A DNA stretch of 32,000 nucleotides from Nitrosopumilus maritimus SCM1 (GTDB taxonomy: Archaea; Thermoproteota; Nitrososphaeria; Nitrososphaerales; Nitrosopumilaceae): assembly GCF_000018465.1 (NCBI RefSeq), contig NC_010085.1:1530001-1562000 (forward strand). Direction: 5' to 3'. The position numbers were made by a program, and so were the translations under genes. The notes under the pieces were generated by a model that ran no database searches, was not told the origin of the DNA, and saw nothing but the letters and a program-made list of their open reading frames with translations. Shown here in pieces: positions 24,694-32,000 of this stretch. Numbering within the stretch: position 1 is the first letter of the stretch; each line of letters begins with the position of its first letter.

Positions 24694-25470
24694 CTATATT
24701 TCTACAAGACTAACAGATATCTTTGTCATAGGTCTTGACAATTCATCAGGAACTACAATTAACAATCCACTATTCTTATCAACTCCGCTGCATTCTCCTG
24801 AAAACTTTTGGAAGTTGTTTGCAAAACATCCATCATTAGAGTAATGTTCAAAATTTTCAGGAAAGAGAAAATAGTACCATTGTTGAACAGGAGAGGGTAC
24901 AAAATACACATCAAATCCTATGGTTTTATCATTAACAGATACTGTGTATTCGTAGTTTGTTGATTCTTTGGAGGTGCAAATTGGAACAAATTGTGCAAAT
25001 CCATTTTGAAGTTTTTGTTTTTGAGATTCATCTGAATAAGCAGAATTAGGAATAGAAGATTCTTCTTCAAAGAAGTTTAGATTGTATCCAAGAAAATCAA
25101 GGCCAGTCTTTGCATAATGAAACCATTGGGATTCACAATCCCTATAATCATATTGTACTGCAACTACAGGTTTATTGTTAACATACTGAAGGCCATTTTG
25201 TCTTTGTTTTGCACCATGTTTAGTAATATCAGATTGTTCTTCTTCTCCAGGAACTACTTCACGGTCCCATGTTGTTGTAACATCAACAATCAGATTTCTA
25301 GGATAACTCTTCCATTCTGGTTGGAAATGAACATAATTTGCATATTCATTTGTTTGACTGATTTTTACAGTATCTCTTGATTCTCTATAAGTTCCAAATG
25401 CATCATCTACAACAATTACTGAGAACAAAATTGTAAAACTGACTATTAATGAAACATGGAATAAATTCAT
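24694..25470 (-). CDS. Secreted/anchored cysteine-containing hypothetical protein
   Basis: 258 aa. N-terminal hydrophobic segment is VSLIVSFTILFSVIVV. It has six Cys in the mature part and no recognisable family. The ATG overlaps the upstream TGA as ATGA. Confidence 0.7.
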   Translation of the reverse strand: MNLFHVSLIVSFTILFSVIVVDDAFGTYRESRDTVKISQTNEYANYVHFQPEWKSYPRNLIVDVTTTWDREVVPGEEEQSDITKHGAKQRQNGLQYVNNKPVVAVQYDYRDCESQWFHYAKTGLDFLGYNLNFFEEESSIPNSAYSDESQKQKLQNGFAQFVPICTSKESTNYEYTVSVNDKTIGFDVYFVPSPVQQWYYFLFPENFEHYSNDGCFANNFQKFSGECSGVDKNSGLLIVVPDELSRPMTKISVSLVEI

Positions 25471-25679
25471 TCGTTAACTACATCTCCCATATTTTTTGCC
25501 ATTGTAAAGCTACAAAAAGATAATCCACAATTTCCACAAGAGAACTTATCATCATCAAAGGTAATGTTTTGCGAACCACATTTCAGGCAATTTTTACTTG
25601 AAATCATGATATAATATACACAGGAATGGATATATTTTTCACGGAAAGATATTTTTTCATAAATGTCCAGATTGGACAA
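25467..25679 (-). CDS. Small zinc-ribbon protein
   Basis: CLKCGSQ...CGNCG four-Cys ribbon. The longest ORF starts at TTG 25679; the internal ATG at 25607 would give 46 aa. It is translationally coupled to 24694..25470. Confidence 0.5.
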   Translation of the reverse strand: MSNLDIYEKISFREKYIHSCVYYIMISSKNCLKCGSQNITFDDDKFSCGNCGLSFCSFTMAKNMGDVVNE

Positions 25680-25760
25680 TAAAATAGGTTCAATTATCTA
25701 AATTATGCAAAATATGTCCAATTCGGAAAATCATAATTAATAGCAATCAGCATTTGAATC

Positions 25761-26753
25761 ATGGTAGATGAGATTGATAAAATTATTCTAACAGAATTAG
25801 GAAAGAATGCCAGAAGATCATCTAAAGATATTACAAAGATTTTACAAAATATGAATTACCATATAACAGATAGAGGAATAAGACACAGATTACAACGATT
25901 AGAAAAAAATAATACAGTTGTAGGTTATTCTGTTACATTAAATCCAGAACTAATTTCAGAAAAAGTTAATCGTACAATAGTTTTGAAATTCAAATTTACT
26001 AAAGACACACCTGAATTGATCAACAGATTAACAGAGTATGTTAATGAATCACACTTTTGTACATATTCAAGCAGATTAAATGGAGATTTTGATTGGATTT
26101 GTCATTTTATTTTTGATTCTGTTGAACAGTTTGATTTAGAGACAAATAATTTCTTAAACAAATTTTCTGAACTGATATCAGATTACAGATCTTATGAATC
26201 AAATTTAGTCAAAAATACCCCATACACTATTTTTGATCAAGAACACGTTAATGAAAAGAAGCTTCAAGCTTGGAATATACTTCAACAAATAAAAAAATAT
26301 GATACATTAAATGAAAGACTTCAGTCCATAGTAGAAAGTCTGGTAAAATATTTTGATGCAACATTTGCCAGAGTTTGGTTTGTAGATAAATCTGAGAAAT
26401 CATTAATTTTACGATTTAGTGCAGGAAAATACAAAAATGTGAAAGGTGAGTTTTCCAAAGTTCCAATAAAATCACTAAAGATAGGAGCAATAGTTACTAC
26501 GAAAAAACCAATTGTTTCAAATGATGTAATACATGATCCAAGAATAAAATATCATGATTGGGCAAAAAAAGAGAAACTCAAATCATTTGCAGGTTATCCT
26601 TTGATGTATAACAAAAAAGTAGTTGCAGTACTTGCTTTGTTTAGCAAAAAACAATTCTCACCTTCAGATTTTGAGATTTTAGGCATGTTTTCAGACCAAA
26701 TATCAAAGGAATTAACAGGATTTTTTGAAACAAAAGATTTTCTTTCTGAATGA
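25761..26753 (+). CDS. Lrp/AsnC-family regulator fused to a C-terminal GAF domain
   Basis: 330 aa. The N-terminus IDKIILTELGKNARRSSKDITKIL...IRHRLQRLEKNNTVVGYSV is an Lrp HTH, followed by a RAM-like segment. The C-terminus LQSIVESLVKYFDATFARVWFVD...SFAGYPLMYNKKVVAVLALFS is a typical GAF pattern. Confidence 0.8.
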   Translation: MVDEIDKIILTELGKNARRSSKDITKILQNMNYHITDRGIRHRLQRLEKNNTVVGYSVTLNPELISEKVNRTIVLKFKFTKDTPELINRLTEYVNESHFCTYSSRLNGDFDWICHFIFDSVEQFDLETNNFLNKFSELISDYRSYESNLVKNTPYTIFDQEHVNEKKLQAWNILQQIKKYDTLNERLQSIVESLVKYFDATFARVWFVDKSEKSLILRFSAGKYKNVKGEFSKVPIKSLKIGAIVTTKKPIVSNDVIHDPRIKYHDWAKKEKLKSFAGYPLMYNKKVVAVLALFSKKQFSPSDFEILGMFSDQISKELTGFFETKDFLSE

Positions 26754-26755
26754 AT

Positions 26756-27397
26756 TTAGAATCTATCAGTAAAGACAACTTTGTCTAATGGAAGTTGTCC
26801 ACCACGAGGCATAGCCGGTTTGACTTGCTTGCCAATTACTACCATCATAGTTATCACATGATCTTTTGGTAAATTGATTAGTTGTGCAACTTTTTCTGGA
26901 TCAAATCCAATCATAGGATTTGAGTCATATCCCATAGCTTTGGCAGCAAGCATTATGGTCTGAGCTGCAATTCCACAAGACCTCATTGCCTCATCTCTTT
27001 GCAATTGCTCTTTTCCTTCGTAAAACATCCCCATTGCAGGAACCAAAAAGTCACGAGCTTCCTTTGGAGCATCCTTCCAATATTGAGCAGGATCTTTTTT
27101 CCAAGATTTCAAATCAGCACAAAGTACCAATAATAGCGAGGAATCTGTCACCTGAGCCTGATCCCATGATGCAGAACGAATCTGCTTTCGTATTTCAGAA
27201 TCTTTTACCAAGACAAATCTCCAGTTTTGCATGTTAAATGAGGTAGGAGATAAAACTGCTAGAGACAGTAATTTTTCAATCTCATCTTCAGAGAGTTTAT
27301 GATTTGGATCATAGTGCTTTACTGAACGACGCTCTTTGATTGCATCAAAGGTTTCCATAATTTTGATTAATTTTGCAACATTAATTGGTTTTTGCAA
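26756..27397 (-). CDS. Nitroreductase-family flavoprotein
   Basis: 213 aa with IKERRSVKHYDP and PTSFNMQNWRFVLV, which are characteristic of the family. Confidence 0.85.
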   Translation of the reverse strand: MQKPINVAKLIKIMETFDAIKERRSVKHYDPNHKLSEDEIEKLLSLAVLSPTSFNMQNWRFVLVKDSEIRKQIRSASWDQAQVTDSSLLLVLCADLKSWKKDPAQYWKDAPKEARDFLVPAMGMFYEGKEQLQRDEAMRSCGIAAQTIMLAAKAMGYDSNPMIGFDPEKVAQLINLPKDHVITMMVVIGKQVKPAMPRGGQLPLDKVVFTDRF

Positions 27398-27400
27398 AGA

Positions 27401-28177
27401 TTATTTTTCTACAGGAAGATCTAATCGATTTCCCCATTCTCCCCAAGACCCCAGATAGACCTTGATGTTTGAGAATCCTAGTTTTTTTAAAACCAAAAAA
27501 GAGTTGGCTGCCCTATATGCTCCTTGGCAGTATGTCACAATTTCAGTGTCTTTTGGAAAATCATACATTTTTGATAATTCTTCATCGCTTTTGAAAGTCC
27601 CATCTTCTTTGAGGTTTTGACTCCAATCAATATTGATGGCATTTGGGATATGACCTGATTGAGCAGCTCGAACTGTACTTCCATCATATTCTCCAGGCGA
27701 GCGGGCATCAAGGATTTTCACATTATCAAGATTATCTCGAATGTATTCAAATCCTGAAATTATCTCAGAATTGATTTTGCCTGAAAAATCAGATGGTTTG
27801 AATCCGTTTGGTTTTGTCTCAACTGCAAGATTTTCTTTTTGCCACTTTGTAATTCCCCCATCAAGCATCATGACATTTTGATGAGAAAAATACATCAACA
27901 TCCATACTCCTCTAGCTGCAAGCATTCCAGAAATTGAATCATAAAAGATGACTTTTTTTTCAGGAGCCACTCCAAGAAAAGACAATAGAGATTTTGACTG
28001 ATTATTGAAGTTATCAATTCCTTGTTTTGTAGTATCAATCCAGTGAAATGCAAACAAATCCAAATGAACTGCTCCAGGGATATGGCCCTCAGAATATTCT
28101 TTGAAGGAACGAGTGTCAGCTAGAATGAGATTAGGATCACCAAGGATGGAATTTAGTTCATCAGTTGAGATTAACAT
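27401..28177 (-). CDS. Tandem-rhodanese sulfurtransferase (thiosulfate/3-mercaptopyruvate type)
   Basis: 258 aa with two rhodanese repeats (EGHIPGAVHL, SGHIPNAINI). The active-site loop YCQGAYRAANS is in the second repeat and Asp sits at the equivalent site in the first. The gap to the nitroreductase gene is 3 nt. Confidence 0.85.
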   Translation of the reverse strand: MLISTDELNSILGDPNLILADTRSFKEYSEGHIPGAVHLDLFAFHWIDTTKQGIDNFNNQSKSLLSFLGVAPEKKVIFYDSISGMLAARGVWMLMYFSHQNVMMLDGGITKWQKENLAVETKPNGFKPSDFSGKINSEIISGFEYIRDNLDNVKILDARSPGEYDGSTVRAAQSGHIPNAINIDWSQNLKEDGTFKSDEELSKMYDFPKDTEIVTYCQGAYRAANSFLVLKKLGFSNIKVYLGSWGEWGNRLDLPVEK

Positions 28178-28250
28178 GATTTAGGTAAAATGATCAAATC
28201 TAAATTGATTTGGATTGAATAATAAAAAGAAGAAAAGAAAAGGGTTTTTT

Positions 28251-29816
28251 CTATTCGTTGACGTATGCTCTTTCGCCGTGTTGAGCCAAATCGAGACCAA
28301 TCTCCTCTTCTTTAGGAGTGACTCTGATTCCGCCTGGCCATACTGCGTCCATTACCTTTAGGATTACAATGGTTATACCAAATGCATATGCAATTGATAC
28401 TGCAGCACCGATGATGCTGATTGCTTGCTGTTCCATTCCTTCTGCAGTGCCAGTCCATGCACCAATACCGTCTCCAGTATCCCATACATGTGGACTTGCT
28501 AATGTACCAGTCAAAATTGCACCGGTAAGACCACCCATTCCATGTATTCCCCATACATCTAATGCGTCATCCCACTTTCTTGCATTCTTGAATGCTACAC
28601 ATGCATAACAAACTGTACCAGCGGCAATTCCCATGATAATTGCAGCCATTGGACCTACCCAACCTGAAGCTGGAGTGATTGTTACCAATCCTGCTACTGC
28701 ACCTGATGCAGCTCCAACAATACTTGGTTTTCCTGTATGTGCCCATGACATCAAGACCCAAGTAACTGCGGCCATACCAGTTGCGGTATTTGTAACAGTC
28801 CATGCGCTGACGGTAATGCCGTCTACCATTACTTCACTACCTGCGTTAAAGCCGAACCATCCGAACCAAAGAATACTTGCACCAAGTACTACCATTGGGA
28901 TGTTGTGTGGCTCCATTGGAACTTTGCCATATCCGAGTCTTCTGCCAAGGACTAAGGCTCCAGCCAATGCTGCAAATCCTGAAGAAATGTGTACTACAGT
29001 ACCACCAGCAAAGTCTAATGCAAACGTTGGCGATAAGTCTGGATCGAGGTCTAATCCACCTCCTCCTATGAAACCGCCTCCCCAGACCCAGTGTGCAATT
29101 GGGTCGTAAACGAAGGTACCCCATAAGAGTACGAATATGACTAATGCGCTGAATTTAATTCTGTCAATTAATCCACCAATGATAAGAATTGGTGTGATAA
29201 TTGCAAAGGTTCCTTGGAACATTGCAAACATTTGGTGAGGAACAGTTCCTGGCCAAGATTGACTACAATATTCGCCTTCCTTAAATTCATTCATCTGATA
29301 AGCTGCTGACCATGTGTCATGACATGGACCAAGTTCACCAATTGGTGCCCAAGCTGATACCATGTTAAATCCAGCATAATCTAGACTTCCCATGAACATG
29401 TTAGCGCCCTCATCCGCGTTAGGAGCAAATGCTAGTGAGTATCCCCATAGAACCCATTGTACTGACATGAGTCCCATAACAATGAGAGTCATACCAAGAA
29501 CGTTGACGATGTTCTTTGATCTGGCTAGACCGCCATAAAAGAAACCGACACCTGGAGACATGAAGAGAACGAGTGATGTTGCGGTAAGCATCCATGCTGT
29601 ATCACCGGTATCGATCATACAAGGTAGCATGCCACCTTCGCCATCATCAAACCAACATTCGTTAGGGTTACCAGTGTAAATTCCACTGGTTCCTTTTACA
29701 TATCCGTCCATACCATCTTCAACACTTTGTGCATATGCCTGAGACATTGCACCTGCTGCTGTGATGGATACTGCGGCTACAAGTAATAGAGCATACTTGT
29801 AGTTCCTAGAATTCAT
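28251..29816 (-). CDS. amt: Amt-family ammonium transporter with signal peptide
   Basis: 521 aa with signal peptide ..AMSQAYA|QS. Amt signatures are DFAGGTVVHISSGFAALAGALVLGRR and WGIHGMGGLTGAILTG (twin His). A T-rich run follows the stop. Confidence 0.95.
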   Translation of the reverse strand: MNSRNYKYALLLVAAVSITAAGAMSQAYAQSVEDGMDGYVKGTSGIYTGNPNECWFDDGEGGMLPCMIDTGDTAWMLTATSLVLFMSPGVGFFYGGLARSKNIVNVLGMTLIVMGLMSVQWVLWGYSLAFAPNADEGANMFMGSLDYAGFNMVSAWAPIGELGPCHDTWSAAYQMNEFKEGEYCSQSWPGTVPHQMFAMFQGTFAIITPILIIGGLIDRIKFSALVIFVLLWGTFVYDPIAHWVWGGGFIGGGGLDLDPDLSPTFALDFAGGTVVHISSGFAALAGALVLGRRLGYGKVPMEPHNIPMVVLGASILWFGWFGFNAGSEVMVDGITVSAWTVTNTATGMAAVTWVLMSWAHTGKPSIVGAASGAVAGLVTITPASGWVGPMAAIIMGIAAGTVCYACVAFKNARKWDDALDVWGIHGMGGLTGAILTGTLASPHVWDTGDGIGAWTGTAEGMEQQAISIIGAAVSIAYAFGITIVILKVMDAVWPGGIRVTPKEEEIGLDLAQHGERAYVNE

Positions 29817-29944
29817 TGAATTTATCGAAATTGGATTTTATTTAAGGGTTGGAGACTCAAGAATGTCTAGAAAAGTAAATTATTATATTTTAGTATATTC
29901 TGATAGTAACATAAAATATGGAAATTATGTTAAGGTGATCGCAA

Positions 29945-30610
29945 ATGGGAAAATCAGAGACCAAACTAGCAATTTTTGATACATTCAAAACCAAAGACGA
30001 AGAGTTAACTGGAGAAGCACTACGACAAAGAGCAATTATTGGAATCCTTGCAGGAGATGCAAATCCTGCTGAAAGAACTAGAACAGGGATATCACAAAAT
30101 ATGGCAAAAAAACAAGGAATTGCCTGGAAAAACATCTACTCAGGGATTTTTCGAGATTTGGATGAAATTCTGCTACCAATGGGGATTGCAGAGGAAGACG
30201 GCAGATTACCTCTTCAGAGAGGTCCCAAGGCCCTTCAAGAAAAAGGAATTCCATATTATCATCTCACAAAAAAAGGGATTTTGATCGCTCTTTCAATTAG
30301 CGATATCAAGAATAGAGAAAAATTGCTAAAAGAATTTTTCTCAAAGTCTGAATCTGAAGAAAAAGAGTTTGAAAAGATTCTATCTAGTCTATTAAAGAAT
30401 AGCCCAAAATTTGCATACTCTATTTTTCAAAAATATGTCAAGGCATTTTGCGATAATAAAATTAAGGAATTACTCCCATTTGATCTGACAAAATTGAAGG
30501 AGATTTCAGATGAATCATTGGAAATCCAAAAGGAGATTCTTGTAGCGTTTGTGGAACTCTCAAAGCAGGAAAAAGAGGATGCCATCAAATTTCTAGACAA
30601 AATCACTTAG
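29945..30610 (+). CDS. Hypothetical protein with a winged-helix-like N-terminal half and a charged helical C-terminal half
   Basis: 221 aa with ATG start. ISQNMAKKQGIAWKNIYSGIFRDLDEILLPMGIAEE...YYHLTKKGILIA looks like HTH plus wing. No family recognised. Confidence 0.65.
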   Translation: MGKSETKLAIFDTFKTKDEELTGEALRQRAIIGILAGDANPAERTRTGISQNMAKKQGIAWKNIYSGIFRDLDEILLPMGIAEEDGRLPLQRGPKALQEKGIPYYHLTKKGILIALSISDIKNREKLLKEFFSKSESEEKEFEKILSSLLKNSPKFAYSIFQKYVKAFCDNKIKELLPFDLTKLKEISDESLEIQKEILVAFVELSKQEKEDAIKFLDKIT

Positions 30611-30631
30611 AATTTGTTCCTATAGAGATCG

Positions 30632-30652
30632 CCAAACATTAAAATCCGTTAC
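30632..30652 (+). promoter_or_regulatory. atpC promoter element CCAAACATTAAAATC-cg-TTAC; core ends 23 nt before ATG 30670
   Basis: gCCAAACATTAAAATCcgTTACtcataaacaattttcaaATG, read directly. Confidence 0.6.
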
Positions 30653-30669
30653 TCATAAACAATTTTCAA

Positions 30670-31704
30670 ATGGGCAAGAACGTCTATGCATCAGTAAAGT
30701 CATACAGCCAAAGAGGAAAATTACTCAGTAGGGCTGATTTTCAGACACTGGCAGAATCAAGAGATCTTGATGAATTTATGACCAGAATAAAGAACACCAT
30801 TTATGGTGATTCAATTAATGATGTTCAAAAACCATATACTTCACAAGGTATTGAATCAGCATTTAGAGGACATTTGGCTGATGTCCATTACTCCATTGCA
30901 AAAACTGCTGGCGATTCTGATATTCTTGATGCATATTATATGAAGTTCATAATTTCAAATCTAAAATTAATACTAAAAGGCAAGGTTTTAGGTAAATCAC
31001 AAGAAGAGATTGAGAATCACATCAATCTACGTGCAGAAGAATTAGTTAAACAACGAGATATCATAATCAAATCCCTTGTTGCAAAAGATCTTGAAGAGGC
31101 AGTTGCAAGTCTAAATTCAGTTCAATTTGGAGATGAGATTGCAAAGGCTGCAACACTTTACAACGAAACAAAAAACATCCAAGTCTTTGACACGTATTTT
31201 GATAAAATTTTGTACCAACAACTAGGACGAGCTTTGAAGAATACAAGAGATAGAGATGTCATAAAGATTGTCGGAATGGATGTTGACTTTTACAATCTTC
31301 TTAGTGTGATTAGAGGAAAATTCTGGGGATTAGAAGAATCACAAATTCAAGATTTGATTGTGACTCAAACTCCAACTGTCCCAAGAGAACTTCTTGGAAG
31401 AATGATGGCAGCAGGTTCAGTCAGAGATGCACTAAATGAGCTTGCCACAACCAAATACAAAGACATGATTCCACAGATGGAAAATGAGTTAGATGCAGTT
31501 GCCGAATTTGAAAGAGCATTTGAGATGAGCATTTATCATTCATCTGCCAGAGCATTTACCAAGATGTTTAGTTTTGCAACAATCATAGGAATCACAAAAC
31601 TAACGGGCTTTGAAGTAAGGAATTTGGCTGCAATTGCATATGCAGTAGAGCAAAAAATTCCTACAGAAACAACAATGTCAAAATTGATTCTTGAAGAAGA
31701 ATAG
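30670..31704 (+). CDS. atpC: A-type ATP synthase subunit C (V-type d homolog)
   Basis: 344 aa, all-helical. The N-terminus YASVKSYSQRGKLLSRADFQTLAESRDLDEFMTRIKNTIYG fits the A/V-type C(d) pattern. It shares its promoter element with atpE. Confidence 0.85.
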   Translation: MGKNVYASVKSYSQRGKLLSRADFQTLAESRDLDEFMTRIKNTIYGDSINDVQKPYTSQGIESAFRGHLADVHYSIAKTAGDSDILDAYYMKFIISNLKLILKGKVLGKSQEEIENHINLRAEELVKQRDIIIKSLVAKDLEEAVASLNSVQFGDEIAKAATLYNETKNIQVFDTYFDKILYQQLGRALKNTRDRDVIKIVGMDVDFYNLLSVIRGKFWGLEESQIQDLIVTQTPTVPRELLGRMMAAGSVRDALNELATTKYKDMIPQMENELDAVAEFERAFEMSIYHSSARAFTKMFSFATIIGITKLTGFEVRNLAAIAYAVEQKIPTETTMSKLILEEE

Positions 31705-31712
31705 ATCTGAAA

Positions 31713-31949
31713 ATGATAAAATTTCCAAAGAAGAAAAATGAGATAACAACAGAGACAGTAATCAATACTATTTGGGTCAGTGCATTTATGGCCATGATAT
31801 TTTCATTGCCACCTTTAGCATTATTTTTGGGAATTTACTTTTGGGCAGGTGAATTAGCAATAGGCGCAATTGTTGGCTTTGGAGTACATTTTGTAACATT
31901 AGCATTTGCAGGCAGAATCTCAAAATTTTTGACCAACATAATGAGTTAA
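31713..31949 (+). CDS. Small two-TM membrane protein co-oriented 8 nt downstream of atpC
   Basis: 78 aa with ATG start and two hydrophobic helices (VSAFMAMIFSLPPLALFLGIYFW, AIGAIVGFGVHFVTLAFAG). Confidence 0.6.
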   Translation: MIKFPKKKNEITTETVINTIWVSAFMAMIFSLPPLALFLGIYFWAGELAIGAIVGFGVHFVTLAFAGRISKFLTNIMS

Positions 31950-32000
31950 CCTATAAGGATCCAATTATCTAAGTGATGTACCATGATGGGAGATAGAGAT

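Noticed and set aside
28312-29124. Six track ORFs (60-158 aa) on both strands inside the amt gene
   Set aside because: They overlap a strongly recognisable Amt coding frame. The region is G+C-richer, which suppresses stop codons in the other frames, and the products are low-complexity (Cys/Arg/Trp- or Pro/Ala-rich).
28251-29816. Higher G+C of amt (and of atpA/atpB) as a sign of horizontal transfer
   Set aside because: This is more simply explained by the Gly/Ala-rich composition and codon bias of highly expressed core genes. There are no flanking mobility genes or repeats.
29890-30135. 81-aa minus-strand ORF overlapping the start of ORF 29945..30610
   Set aside because: It is antisense to a better-supported ORF and runs through the divergent promoter region. 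The product is hydrophobic and low-complexity.
31983-32000. ATGATGGGAGATAGAGAT as the start of a further plus-strand gene
   Set aside because: Only six codons are visible at the window edge, which is too little evidence.

Overview
This is an AT-rich archaeal chromosomal window. Gene content and order fit a marine ammonia-oxidising thaumarchaeon of the Nitrosopumilus type; that is an inference from family recognition by eye, and no database search was run. The recognisable genes are an A-type ATP synthase (atpE-A-B-D-K, a divergent atpI and a detached atpC), an Amt ammonium transporter next to rhodanese and nitroreductase genes, pyrB/pyrI, and Orc1/Cdc6. There are also several exported cupredoxin and PEF(G)-CTERM proteins. 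I support 37 protein-coding calls, two of which are small ORFs below the 60-aa track cutoff that I translated by hand. I also call one cupredoxin gene fragment, one 22-nt direct repeat pair and several promoter-like elements. I saw no rRNA, tRNA, CRISPR array, transposase or integrase. Four observations stand out. (i) The operon 8377->4989 is translationally coupled and encodes an anchored amicyanin-like cupredoxin, an anchored unknown protein and a PEF(G)-CTERM protein. It has a paralog at 13991-15379, a shared ~95-aa domain present four times, and a conserved His at the predicted mature N-terminus of both paralogs. (ii) A bipartite upstream element, TAGTACAAC-N20-22-AATTAGA, sits at a fixed distance before a triple-wHTH regulator, the cupredoxin operon and small Cys-rich or membrane ORFs. 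(iii) A near-identical 21-nt promoter element links the physically split ATPase transcription units. In all three the start codon lies 22-23 nt after the TATA-like core, which is leaderless geometry, and two of the starts are TTG. (iv) pyrB and pyrI lie head to head with interdigitated TATA-like boxes. All functional names come from motif recognition and need database confirmation.
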